Counted from the stretch's first letter, positions 40,271 through 50,344 are shown. The stretch: 64,000 bases of DNA from Deltaproteobacteria bacterium (GCA_032128375.1 JAQBGU010000143.1:12710-76709); one strand, 5' to 3'. Notes: generated by a model from the sequence alone, not told the origin. Made by a program: numbers and translations.

Positions 40271-41065
40271 CTAGCTGGGTCGTCCGACCTTTTCCAAAGA
40301 TTCCAGCAGGCCCGGCAGCGTTGTCTCCAAGGCCCGCGATACGGCTTCGAATTCTTCGGAATCGAGCTTCCCAGTCCATTCGTCCATGAAGAACTTCTTG
40401 ACCTCGACCGCGAGGCAGCACGCGGATTCTCGGAAGTTTTCGTGAATCCACCGGGAAAAATTTCCGCCCTTGAATTTCACGTTCTCTCGCACGTCCAGGT
40501 GTCGTCCCAGAAACTCGAACGCGGTCAGGTCGCCGATGAATTGTTCGACGACCGGCGCCCATCGGATTCGATCGAGAGTTCCCGTCCCGACGTTGATCTC
40601 GGGGTTCGTCGAAGCGTCGTCGTATGCTTCGTCCGGGCCCCGGCGACGATGATTGTAGGAGTGAAAGTCGAGTACGACGAAATGCCCGAAGCGTCGTTCC
40701 ATCTCGGTGAAGACGCGGCGAGCTTCCGTGTAGAACGCATCGTATTCGAGACGCGATCGCTCGGTGATTTCCGCAGACGGCTCGTGCTTCCACACCTCGA
40801 GACCCCAGGCGTCTTCTGGCGATCGATAAACCGCTTTGTCTCGGGGACGGTTCAAATCCACTTCGAAGCGCGATCGGTGCGCGACCAGCTGTGTCGTGAC
40901 CACTGTCGTCCAGATGCCAGTGTAGGGATCTTCTTCGCGAAGACGGTCGGAGTCCCCCAGTGCCATGATCTCTGCGACCTCCTCTCGGAGGTCGTGGCCG
41001 TTGTGGATAGCCGCGGCCGCGAGCGGTTCTTGGCCCTCTACGATCGTCAGAAATTCGGGTTGCAT
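40271..41065 (-). CDS. N-formylglutamate amidohydrolase family protein
   Basis: AIHNGH, REEDPYT, SRFEVDLNR, DFHSY, ENVKFKGG, EVKK. Confidence 0.9.
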   Translation of the reverse strand: MQPEFLTIVEGQEPLAAAAIHNGHDLREEVAEIMALGDSDRLREEDPYTGIWTTVVTTQLVAHRSRFEVDLNRPRDKAVYRSPEDAWGLEVWKHEPSAEITERSRLEYDAFYTEARRVFTEMERRFGHFVVLDFHSYNHRRRGPDEAYDDASTNPEINVGTGTLDRIRWAPVVEQFIGDLTAFEFLGRHLDVRENVKFKGGNFSRWIHENFRESACCLAVEVKKFFMDEWTGKLDSEEFEAVSRALETTLPGLLESLEKVGRPS

Positions 41066-41142
41066 GCTTCCGCTCCTTCTGCGTTAGCGGCGTCGGGAGT
41101 CGGAACTGCTGAACGTCGCCCTGCTGTTTCGCCCACGTTCGG

Positions 41143-42549
41143 TCATGACGGCTCGGATCCTTCCGGATCGCCGTTGTCGGCGGCGTCCGCTAGCTCGAGC
41201 CGCAAGCGTTCGACCCGGCGACGTGAGGCGTCGGTGACGATCGCGACAAAACGGCCAACGCGGACCCGGTCGCCCTTTCGGGGCAAGCGGCCCAGTCGAG
41301 CTGTCACGTGTCCACCGATGGTGTCCTCCTCCTCGCGTTCGTCCTCGGGGAGGTCCCAGTCTAGCAGATCTTCGGCTTCGGGAAGGGACACGCGACCTCG
41401 CAGCTCGTAGCTGCCGTCGTCGAACTTGCGGATGTCGGGATCTTCGTTGTCGAATTCGTCGCCCAACGGGCCGACGATCTCTTCGAGCGCGTCTTCCCGG
41501 AAAGCCAATCCGATGGCGGTCCCGTGTTCATCGACCACGACAGCGCAGTGCTCCTGTGTTGCCTGAAGCTCGCGCAGAAAATTTGCGAGCGGCATGGTAT
41601 CTGGAACGAACATGGGCTCTCGCGCCAGCGAACGCAGGTTGGGGATTTCACCGCGGAGCGAAGCATCGAGTAAGTCTTTCGCGTGTACGATGCCGACGAT
41701 CGTGTCGAGTCCGACTTCACAAAGTGCGAAGCGCGAATGTCCGGTCGTCATGATCCGCTGGATGTTGTCCTCGATCGGGCGTTCCATCGTCAGGAAGCTG
41801 ATTTCGAGCCGCGGGACGACGATGTGGCGCACCTCGAGTTCGATCATGCGAAAGACGTTCTCGGTGATTTCGTGTTGTTGTTCCGAGATATGTCCCGACG
41901 CGGCTGAAAGAGACAGAATGCTGCGAATCTCCTCGGCACTGTGTCCGCCTTCGTTGCCCAGCTCGGCGGGTAGGCCGAGCGTCAGCAACAGGCCATTTGA
42001 AATTCGGTTGATCAGGCTGATGAAGGGTCTAAAAAACCACGTAAAGACTCGCAGCACCGGTCCTGTGGCGAGGGCCATCCTCTCCGCTCGGCGCAAGGCC
42101 CACATCTTCGGCGCCTGCTCGCCCACAGTCATGTGCAGCGTGGTAATCACGGCAAACGCGAGCACGATCGAGACGATCGGGACCCAGCCCGCACTCTGCG
42201 CAACGTGGAACCCCGCGGCGCTGGCCCCGGCGATCAGTAGGACAGACACAGCGGGTTCGCCGAGCGCGCCCAGGATCAGGCTCGCGAGCGTAATCCCCAG
42301 CTGGCAGGCCGACAGATACTGGTCCAGATGCCGGAGCATGTGTTGGACCGTGGGCGCCGCTCGGCTTCCGCCCCGTGCGAGTTCGGCGATCCGGGACTCA
42401 CGAACCTTGACGAGCGCGAATTCGGCAGCCACAAAGAATCCGTTGAGCAGCACGAAGAAGAGCGTCGCGCCCAGCCGCCAGGCAACGCCAAACAGATCGA
42501 GAGGCGCGTGGGGGTCGCTCACCTCGTGAACATCTGCCCATCCGAACAT
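41143..42549 (-). CDS. HlyC/CorC (CNNM-CBS-CorC) membrane protein
   Basis: NGFFVAAEFA, QLGIT, GEQAPK, HSRF, VVDEHG; start approximate. Confidence 0.92.
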   Translation of the reverse strand: MFGWADVHEVSDPHAPLDLFGVAWRLGATLFFVLLNGFFVAAEFALVKVRESRIAELARGGSRAAPTVQHMLRHLDQYLSACQLGITLASLILGALGEPAVSVLLIAGASAAGFHVAQSAGWVPIVSIVLAFAVITTLHMTVGEQAPKMWALRRAERMALATGPVLRVFTWFFRPFISLINRISNGLLLTLGLPAELGNEGGHSAEEIRSILSLSAASGHISEQQHEITENVFRMIELEVRHIVVPRLEISFLTMERPIEDNIQRIMTTGHSRFALCEVGLDTIVGIVHAKDLLDASLRGEIPNLRSLAREPMFVPDTMPLANFLRELQATQEHCAVVVDEHGTAIGLAFREDALEEIVGPLGDEFDNEDPDIRKFDDGSYELRGRVSLPEAEDLLDWDLPEDEREEEDTIGGHVTARLGRLPRKGDRVRVGRFVAIVTDASRRRVERLRLELADAADNGDPEGSEPS

Positions 42550-43083
42550 ACGGACCCGCGCCGAGCGCGGTTGGTCTGTGGGCCGACCGTCAGCTCGCCC
42601 GGACCCCGTCCGTCCACTGCACTGGTTTGGGGAGAACTGCTCGAATTTCGACTCGTATCCATAGCCTTAACCCATATCCAAGGGCAGAGAATCGCTTGCC
42701 AGAGGTTCCAAGGCAATGCGTACGAACAGAATAGCCCGTAGAGATATTCCGTGAACCCGGCGTTGAGTATCAGCAGACAACCGTCCCAGAACCGTGGTGC
42801 CAACCATGCTGCGCGGTGCAAAGTCGACGATCAGAAAAGTGAAGTAGCCGATTCGTGCAGTCAACCGTTCGCAATGCGCGACTGTAACCGGAATGGATTT
42901 CCAAGCCGACACGGTCGGTCATCCAGGTTTGCCAGCAATCTTTCCCGGGAAGCCGGAACGCCGCCTCATGCATCGCCTCAGGTCAGGCGTCTCTTCGGTT
43001 GGCAGCGGCGTATTCGATGCGGGATGCCAGTGGCCCCGACGCTTTGGCCTCGGTATTGTCCGCGCTCGGCGAGGAGGGGTGCG

Positions 43084-44289
43084 GTGACGAAGTTGGCCCT
43101 ACTGGCCGGACTGCTCGGAGTTCTGCTCGCAATGGGGGCAATCGAGAGCCTCTGGCATCGCCGCAACCTCGCGCGCATTCCAACCAGGATCCACGTCAAC
43201 GGCACGCGCGGAAAGAGCAGTGTGACTCGACTGATCGCAGCGGGCCTTCGCGCGGGTGGTATCGTCGCGTGCGCGAAGACGACCGGAACCGCGGCAGCCA
43301 TGATCCTGCCCGATGGCTCCGAGTACGGGATCTATCGCTCGTCGCGTGCGAACATTCTGGAGCAGGTCCGCATTGTCGATACCGCGGCCGAGGTAGGCGC
43401 CGAGGTCCTCGTCGTCGAGTGCATGGCGCTCCAGCCGATATTGCAGAGCCTGACCGAGCTTCGGCTGATCCGATCGACCCACGGTGTCATCACGAACGTT
43501 CGCGCCGACCACCTCGATGTGATGGGTCCCGGTGAAGAGGACGTCGCTCTCGCGCTCGCCGGTTCGATTCCGGTGAAAGGGAAGTTGTTCACTTCAGCCG
43601 AGCGTCACCTCGACATCCTGAATCGAGCTGCGTCCGACCGCGGGTCCGAAACCGTCGTCATCGGGGCTTCCGACATCGACGCGATCGGCGAGCGCGAATT
43701 GTCGGGCTTCTCGTACCTCGAGCACGCATCGAATGTCGCGCTGGCATTGCGCGTCTGCGCCGAATTCGGCGTCGAGCGGGAAGCCGCGCTTCGCGGGATG
43801 TGGGAGGCGAAACCGGATCCCGGAGTGCTGACGATCCACGAACTCGACTTCTTCGGTCGGCATATCTTCTTCGCCAACGGCCTCGCTGCAAACGACCCCG
43901 AGTCGACCGGCGAGATCTGGCGACGTACGCTCGAATGGCTCCCGCAGGTCGGTCGACGCATCGCGCTGTTCAACTGCCGCGTCGATCGTCCCGACCGGTC
44001 GCGCCAGCTGGGCGAGGCCTGCGTCGAGTGGCCGGACGCAGACCTCTACGTGGCGATGGGAACCGGTACCTACATCTTCGCCCGCGCCGCCACGCGCCGC
44101 GGCCTCGACGTCAAGAAACTCGTGATTGTCGAGAACCGGCCGGCTGCCTCAGTATTCGAGACGTTGGTCGAGCGTTCGGGCGATTCGGCGTTGATCATGG
44201 GAATGGGAAACGTACACGGTGGTGGCGAGGAACTGGCCCAGCTCTTTCGCAATCGCGGGACGCTGAGGGACTTGCGCCCATGGACGTGA
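43084..44289 (+). CDS. pgsB: Poly-gamma-glutamate synthase PgsB/CapB
   Basis: HVNGTRGKSSVTR, KTTGT, ECMAL, TNVRADH, AANDPEST, RVDRPDRS; GAGGAGG RBS before GTG. Confidence 0.93.
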   Translation: MTKLALLAGLLGVLLAMGAIESLWHRRNLARIPTRIHVNGTRGKSSVTRLIAAGLRAGGIVACAKTTGTAAAMILPDGSEYGIYRSSRANILEQVRIVDTAAEVGAEVLVVECMALQPILQSLTELRLIRSTHGVITNVRADHLDVMGPGEEDVALALAGSIPVKGKLFTSAERHLDILNRAASDRGSETVVIGASDIDAIGERELSGFSYLEHASNVALALRVCAEFGVEREAALRGMWEAKPDPGVLTIHELDFFGRHIFFANGLAANDPESTGEIWRRTLEWLPQVGRRIALFNCRVDRPDRSRQLGEACVEWPDADLYVAMGTGTYIFARAATRRGLDVKKLVIVENRPAASVFETLVERSGDSALIMGMGNVHGGGEELAQLFRNRGTLRDLRPWT

Positions 44290-44861
44290 ACCTGCTGGCG
44301 CTCTCGATTGGGGTCGGCCTGGTGGTCAGCCTCTTGTTTTCCGAGTTCTTTGGCCTCGCCGCCGGAGGCCTCGTCGTGCCGGGTTACCTGGCGCTCTACC
44401 TGACGAAGCCCGTCGAAGTGGTGGCCACGCTCGTGGCGGCGCTGCTCACCTTCTTTTTGGTCCGCATCGTTTCGACGTTCGTGATCGTGTACGGGCGTAG
44501 GCGAACCGCTCTGATGATTCTGGTCGGCTATGGCGCCGGACTGATCATGAATCTGAGTCTCGAAGCCGTCATCGAGGCGACGGACCCGGTCCTGCTCGCT
44601 GTCGCGAACGCGGACGTGAACATCAACACGGTTCTCGACGCCAGCCGCGTGTCGCTGGAAGCGGGCGTGATTGGATACATCGTCCCCGGCCTGATCGCGA
44701 TCTGGCTCGATCGCCAAGGCGTAGTACCTACTCTCGCCGCGCTGCTGACGAGTGCAGTCCTCGTGCGCCTGGTCCTGATCCTGGCGGTTCCCGACGAGCT
44801 GCAGTGGTTCGAGGCCGGCCCCGAGCCGCTGACATCACACGGAGAAGTGACGGGTTTATGA
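44280..44861 (+). CDS. pgsC: Poly-gamma-glutamate biosynthesis protein PgsC/CapC
   Basis: GGLVVPGYLAL, YGRRR, IGYIVPGLIA. Confidence 0.92.
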   Translation: MDVNLLALSIGVGLVVSLLFSEFFGLAAGGLVVPGYLALYLTKPVEVVATLVAALLTFFLVRIVSTFVIVYGRRRTALMILVGYGAGLIMNLSLEAVIEATDPVLLAVANADVNINTVLDASRVSLEAGVIGYIVPGLIAIWLDRQGVVPTLAALLTSAVLVRLVLILAVPDELQWFEAGPEPLTSHGEVTGL

Positions 44862-46000
44862 GGCGAGTCTATTGGCGTCCCAAGGGCGCTTCGACCAACG
44901 CGCTGCTCGTGATCGCTGCCATATCGCTCGTTGCGATCGGTGTCACTGAAGGATTCCCGGAATCGACGAGCGAACTCTACCTGCAGCAGATGCTGGAAGC
45001 TTCGCGGCTGGCCAGTGATGCAGTCACAGAGATCCGGCGCGAACGCGCGCGTCTGAAGATTTCGGTAGACCCGATCGCCGACCCGACCGATTCCGGTCTG
45101 ATCGGCGTTCCGATCAGCGAAATTACGACCAGCACCGGCAACCTGATTGCGAAACAGACGACGATCAACCCGAATTGGGCGGCGGTCGCCACGCAGCTCC
45201 TTCGCGAAGCGGGCGTTCGCGAGGGAGATACCGTCGCCGTGGCTGTCTCCGGTTCCTTCCCGGGTTTGAACGTCGCCGTCTACGCGGCGCTCGCCACGCT
45301 GCGTGCGAAGGCATTGATCATCTCGAGCGCGTCGGCGTCGCAATGGGGAGCCAACCATCCCCGTTTCCTGTGGCTGGACATGGAGAAAGTATTTTTCGAC
45401 CGGAAGATCTTCCCTTATCGCTCATTGGCGGTGTCGATGGGCGGAGCCGAAGACCGAGCGGCGGGGCTCTCTGACGAAGGCCGCGCTCAACTGGTCCGCG
45501 GCATGAAGCGCAGCAAGCTCCCGGTCATCGAGCCCGAGAACTACGCCGAGAGCGTCATCGAGCGGGTGGCGCTCTACCGTGAGCACGCCGAAGGCATTCC
45601 GATCGCCGTCTATGTCAACGTAGGCGGCGGTACCTCGTCGGTCGGCACACGCCGATCGAAGTTCGCTTTCAAGCCCGGCATCAACAGCGCCACGCCTCCC
45701 AAGGCGGCTCTGATCGACTCAGTGATGGCGCGCTTTCTCGACGAACGCATCCCGGTGATCCACTTCCTCCAGATCAATCGCATGGCCTATCGATACGGCC
45801 TGCCGATCGGCCCGGCGGTGCGCCCGCCGGTCGGCACCGGCAAGGTCTTCCTACAACAGCGCTACAACCCGTGGCTCGCATTCGCTGCTCTCGCGTCGGT
45901 GATCGGAAGCCTTGTGCTGTTCATCCGTTCGGGCCGTGGTCGGCTTGCACTGCAGTCGTCGGGTCGTCATCGAGAAGACCCTATGGAGCCGTCTCTCTGA
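44858..46000 (+). CDS. pgsW: Poly-gamma-glutamate system protein PgsW
   Basis: DPTDSGLIG, TTSTGNL.AK.T..NP, SGSFPGLN, SQWGAN, DME, NVGGG; ATGA overlap with pgsC. Confidence 0.85.
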   Translation: MRRVYWRPKGASTNALLVIAAISLVAIGVTEGFPESTSELYLQQMLEASRLASDAVTEIRRERARLKISVDPIADPTDSGLIGVPISEITTSTGNLIAKQTTINPNWAAVATQLLREAGVREGDTVAVAVSGSFPGLNVAVYAALATLRAKALIISSASASQWGANHPRFLWLDMEKVFFDRKIFPYRSLAVSMGGAEDRAAGLSDEGRAQLVRGMKRSKLPVIEPENYAESVIERVALYREHAEGIPIAVYVNVGGGTSSVGTRRSKFAFKPGINSATPPKAALIDSVMARFLDERIPVIHFLQINRMAYRYGLPIGPAVRPPVGTGKVFLQQRYNPWLAFAALASVIGSLVLFIRSGRGRLALQSSGRHREDPMEPSL

Positions 46001-46144
46001 AGGAGAGCGCGCCGGATGCGCGGATCAGCGCTCTTTGTCGGCTCATCACACGCGCCCCCGGTTTGATGCAGAGCATCACTCGGGAGCCAGGCGAATGCGA
46101 TGAACGCCTTCGCAGAGCGCTGGCAGCACGTCAATGCGATGACG

Positions 46145-47122
46145 TCAGCCGACCCCTTTGGGCGCGTCCAGCAGCTTGTCGAACACGCGGACGGCGAGGG
46201 GGTTCACAAAGAGCTGCCGCAGCTTCCACACCGGTGAGTGCCACTGTTCGGGCGGGAGCTGACCGTCGAGCAGTTCGGTGATGGCCTGTCCCGCCTTTTC
46301 TCCGAGCACGTCGAGGAACTGCTCGCCGAGTTCGGCGGATGCGAGAGCTGGGCTTCCCGAGTACGTCTCGTCGATGAAAAATTTCAGCGAGTTCCTGAAC
46401 TGCGCAAGCATCGACGGCAAGGCGGCGAGCGACGCACCGCTGCTTTTCTTGTGCTCGATCCCGCGCTCTTCGGCCCAGATTTTCGTCGAACGTTTGGGCA
46501 GCGACTTGTAGTCGGGGTCGATCCAGTTGGGGTGTAGCGCGAGAAGTTGGCTCGTCTCGACGAGCCCAGCGTGCGTGTCACTCTCGAAGTCCTCTTTCTC
46601 GACGCCGTCGATGTGCCCCAATACATCGCCGAGCTCCGAGCCTTCGACACCGAGTCGCGTCAGCATGGCGGAGAAGATACACAGCATGCGAATTCCGGTC
46701 GCCTTTGCCGCGCGATCGCAGCCCGTTTCGATCGCCAGAAAGTGCCGCGGGCTACCGTGGAAGTTCGATACGAACACATTGCGGAAACCCTGGGCAGCGA
46801 GTGAGCGACCGAGATCTTCGATCACTGCGACGATCGTCGAGGTGCGAAACGCGATCGACCCCGGCTGGGGTACCGGGTCGCACGCCACATAGATGAAGGG
46901 GAGTTTCAGGAAGGTGCGGTCCTGGTGGCGCTCGGGAAGAAACTTCAGGGTGCGCTCTGCGAGGCCCTCTCCCTCGAGTGCGTCCGCGCCAAGCGGCAGG
47001 TGCGGCCCATGCACCTCGAGCGGCGAACAAGTCACGAACACGACCGCGTTCTCGCGATCGATCCGGTCGAACTGCGTTTTCGTCAACGACTCCCAGCGCA
47101 AGAGTTCGGTTTCTCGAGCCAC
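46145..47122 (-). CDS. Creatininase-family amidohydrolase
   Basis: EVHGPHLPLGAD, NFHG, HAGLVETS; GGAGG RBS before GTG 47122. Confidence 0.88.
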   Translation of the reverse strand: MARETELLRWESLTKTQFDRIDRENAVVFVTCSPLEVHGPHLPLGADALEGEGLAERTLKFLPERHQDRTFLKLPFIYVACDPVPQPGSIAFRTSTIVAVIEDLGRSLAAQGFRNVFVSNFHGSPRHFLAIETGCDRAAKATGIRMLCIFSAMLTRLGVEGSELGDVLGHIDGVEKEDFESDTHAGLVETSQLLALHPNWIDPDYKSLPKRSTKIWAEERGIEHKKSSGASLAALPSMLAQFRNSLKFFIDETYSGSPALASAELGEQFLDVLGEKAGQAITELLDGQLPPEQWHSPVWKLRQLFVNPLAVRVFDKLLDAPKGVG

Positions 47123-47326
47123 GACACCTCCAGCCAATGTTGGGTTTTTCAGGGTACCGCAGTTGTACCTGCGCGCGCGGAGCAGACCATCGGCCTCGGA
47201 GGCGCGCGGCTCTTCTGCGCCGGTTGTCCGCACGCGACAATTCGCGGATCGGCCCCGCGCGTTCGGCAGCCAGGCGTTCAGTCCACGCGATCTCGGTAGC
47301 CGTATCGTCGAGGAGATCGCGTTCGG

Positions 47327-48757
47327 TCAGCCGTCGCGTCGGAAGGTCGGACCGTCGCTCAGGTCGAGCCAGGGGCCGTCCCTTTCGAGCGCCGCCGCTA
47401 TCTCGAAGACTGTGAGATCGTCGTAGGGGCGACCGACGATCTGGACGCCGGTAGGGACTCCGTTGTCGGCCCGGCCCGATGGAACGCTCATCACCGGGCA
47501 ACGACTGGCTACGTTGAACAGCATTGCAGCGGTGTGACAAACCAGGTTGTCGACTTGCACGCCATCGATGACGAGAGGCGAGTCGAGGTACGAGTGACCG
47601 GCTGCGAAGCCCCGCGTACAGACCATCGGGCACACGATCGCATCGAAGCGCTGATGTAGGCCCGACACGATTGCGTGCAGCTCGGTTTCCAACCCGAAGC
47701 CCTCTGCCGGGGTGCCGCCATTGGAGTGGCCGAGCTTTGCCGAGGCTGCGATGTAGTCGGTGAGTCGATCTGGGACTTCTTTGTCGGCCACATTGATACC
47801 GGCGAACATCAGCAGCTCGAAGTGGATGGAGACGGCGCGCGTCAGTTTTTCGGTGTCGAACTCGATCTCGATCTCCTCCACGACTGCGCCGGCTGCCTTC
47901 AGCGCATCCGCGGTGCGATGCGTGTTGTGCCGGATCTCGGGATCGATGGCGAAATCGCCGAAACCCGTGCTCACACCGATCCGACGGCCTTCGATCGGCT
48001 CGAACGCGTACGGGAGCGTGAGATAGTTGGGCAGCGACACGTGATCGGCCGGATGCTGCCCCGCCACCGAATTGAGATAACGCGCGCAGTCGGTCACGGT
48101 ACGGGCCAGCGGCCCGACGTGGCAGTAGGTATCGAGGTTCCACGGGGTTCCCTGCGGAATCCGGCCGTAGGGGGGTTTGAAACCCACGACACCGTTCAGA
48201 CTGGCGGGAATGCGGATCGAACCGCCGATGTCGGAGCCACTGGCCAACGTCGCGAAACCCGCCGCCAGAGCCGCCCCGCTTCCACTCGACGAGCCCCCGA
48301 CACCGAAATTCAAGTTCCACGGGTTGCGCGTGATTCCCCAGAGCTTCGTGTGGCTCATCCACGACGCACAGAACTCCGTCGTGGTCGTACGCGCGTGAAG
48401 GATGGCACCCGAAGCGCGCATTCGTGCTACGAACACCGAGTCGTGGTCTGCAATTCGGTCGGCGTAGAGCAGTGACCCCTCGGTGCACGGCTTGCCGGCC
48501 ATGGGCTCTTCGTCCTTGACGGCCATCGGGATGCCCTCGAGCGGCCGCGGTGCTTCACCCTTGCCCAGGTATCGCGCCTCGCTCGCTTTCGCGGCCGCCA
48601 TCGCCTCGTCGTCGAAACGGTGCGTGATGGCGTTGACGTCTCCGTTGACTTCGTCCATGCGCGCATAAGTCGCGGTGAGCAGTTCGACGGGCGACAGCTT
48701 CCTGGCGCGGAACGCCTCGATGGCATCGCCAGCGGATAACTTGTGGAGATCGGTCAT
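47327..48757 (-). CDS. Amidase signature family protein
   Basis: AVKD, GGSSSGS, GSDIGGSIRIPAS. Confidence 0.93.
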   Translation of the reverse strand: MTDLHKLSAGDAIEAFRARKLSPVELLTATYARMDEVNGDVNAITHRFDDEAMAAAKASEARYLGKGEAPRPLEGIPMAVKDEEPMAGKPCTEGSLLYADRIADHDSVFVARMRASGAILHARTTTTEFCASWMSHTKLWGITRNPWNLNFGVGGSSSGSGAALAAGFATLASGSDIGGSIRIPASLNGVVGFKPPYGRIPQGTPWNLDTYCHVGPLARTVTDCARYLNSVAGQHPADHVSLPNYLTLPYAFEPIEGRRIGVSTGFGDFAIDPEIRHNTHRTADALKAAGAVVEEIEIEFDTEKLTRAVSIHFELLMFAGINVADKEVPDRLTDYIAASAKLGHSNGGTPAEGFGLETELHAIVSGLHQRFDAIVCPMVCTRGFAAGHSYLDSPLVIDGVQVDNLVCHTAAMLFNVASRCPVMSVPSGRADNGVPTGVQIVGRPYDDLTVFEIAAALERDGPWLDLSDGPTFRRDG

Positions 48758-48768
48758 ACCTTGCATCC

Positions 48769-48804
48769 TTTCGGGAGGTTGTGGAGTTTCGGAAGGTTGT
48801 GGAG
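48769..48804. repeat. 18-bp tandem duplication TTTCGG(G/A)AGGTTGTGGAG x2
   Basis: Read directly, one mismatch; between the amidase start and the GST remnant. Confidence 0.75.
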
Positions 48805-48859
48805 GCGCTGGTTTTGCTGTGTCTGTCGGCTGCCAGTATGCCTGTGGTTCGCTGCGAGC

Positions 48860-49450
48860 GCAGTACACGCGCCGAACCTCATCCAATTCTCAGAAGGTCT
48901 TGTGGTTTCTCGGCGAGCTCGAGATCGACTACGAGTTCGTCGACACGGGGGGTGACGCCGGCGGGCTGGACGATCCCGAATACCTGGCGCTCAACCCGAA
49001 CGGCGGGTCCCGACACTGCTCGATGTCGATCTTTCCGTTTGGGAGTCCCACACGATCTTGCGTTACCTGGCAGCAACCAACGGTGGCGAGATCTACTGGT
49101 CGCAGGATCCGGCGACGCGAAGCGCAGTGGATCGCTGGATGGATTGGTCACAGTCCCAGTTCGATGCATCATTCATGGCGTTGTTCTGGGGGTACTACCG
49201 GACGCCCGAGGCCGAACGAAACATCCAGATGAACCGGCTCCACGTGAAACGGTGTCGGTCCTATCTGTTGCTACTCGATCGCTGTCTGTCGGAACACGGC
49301 TACGTCGGCGGCGATCGGCTGTCTCTCGCCGATACCCCCATCGGGGCGTTGATGTACCGATACGTGAATCTGGACGCGACCGACGATCTGCCGCCGCGGG
49401 TCGCGAAATGGTACGGCGCCCTCACCGAACGCGAGCCGTTTACTGCGTGA
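48860..49450 (+). pseudogene. Glutathione S-transferase, frameshifted and lacking a clear start
   Basis: RRTSSNSQKVLW...LNPNG, then a 1-nt loss near 49003-49007 to VPTL...WESHTILRYL...DRLSLAD. Confidence 0.8.
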
Positions 49451-49853
49451 AGCTGGCGAGGAGATCAGCGTAGGACCAGCGGCCATCGAGGTGGCCGGGA
49501 TGGGAGAGGAAGCGCTTGGCGGCGACGCGAGGACTGCAACGACAGTGAGCTTCAGTAGGTACGCCAGGTAGGTTTGCAAGCCATTCGATGGGAGTGCCCG
49601 AATCCAGCGGCGACTGCGGATGTTTCCACCAGGATGCGAGGACTGCGCGGCCCGCCTTGTTCGCTTGTTCTTGAAACTGTCGGTCCGCTCGGTTGCTCAG
49701 CGCTCTTCGCGATTCAATGTCACCGATGCCCAGGGTCTGGAGCAGCGTCTCCAGAAACGTGTCTTTGTCGAGCATTGGCAGACCCAGATTCTGGGCAATT
49801 GCCATCGCCTTGCCGCTCGCTGGAAGACCGCTCACGATGACAAACCGGTTCAT
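49440..49853 (-). pseudogene. AAA_33-type P-loop kinase, eroded
   Basis: IVSGLPASGK directly followed by AMAIA (Walker A T/S and following residues missing), LDKD; short C-terminus. Confidence 0.55.
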
Positions 49854-49889
49854 GTGTGAGACCTGACGGATGGAATTTCGGTGACCGAG

Positions 49890-49923
49890 CTACAAGAACT
49901 ACAGGAACTACAAGAACTACAGG
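49890..49923. repeat. 9-bp tandem repeat CTACA(A/G)GAA, about 4 copies
   Basis: Read directly. Confidence 0.85.
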
Positions 49924-50038
49924 CTGACCGACTCGCGCTGGCGAAAAGGACTGATACCAGAACCTACCACCAGTCATGGCGCTCAGCTCTCGCCCGGTCC
50001 GACTGCGAATCCGTACCGGTGTCCGCTGGATTGGCTTG

Positions 50039-50344
50039 TCAGGCGTCGCGTTCATGCCTGGTCTTTTTCCGTTGTGGCTTGCGGACTCCATGCGAATCGA
50101 GTGTCGAGAGTTTCTCCTCGATTCGATCCATTAGTTCCGCTTGCTCCGACTCGGTTGATACTGGCATGTGGACTCTCCCTGTGGAAAGAAGAACGTCCGC
50201 GAACACGCCTTCAGGTCCCTCGTGGAAGTGGATGAAGTTCCGACCATCCAGGTGGAAAACCATCGGCCGAATTTCATTCAGAACTTCGTAGCCTCGCAGG
50301 GCACTCAGCAGCGGAGCGATCGTCTCGATTGTGGAATCCTTCAT
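50039..50344 (-). CDS. Small hypothetical protein (HFHE..G.FAD motif)
   Basis: GGAGG RBS, 101 aa, FIHFHEGPEGVFADV. Confidence 0.65.
   Translation of the reverse strand: MKDSTIETIAPLLSALRGYEVLNEIRPMVFHLDGRNFIHFHEGPEGVFADVLLSTGRVHMPVSTESEQAELMDRIEEKLSTLDSHGVRKPQRKKTRHERDA

Noticed and set aside
42550..43083. Structured RNA in the hlyC-pgsB intergenic region
   Set aside because: Only short GC-rich hairpins; no recognisable riboswitch or sRNA motif
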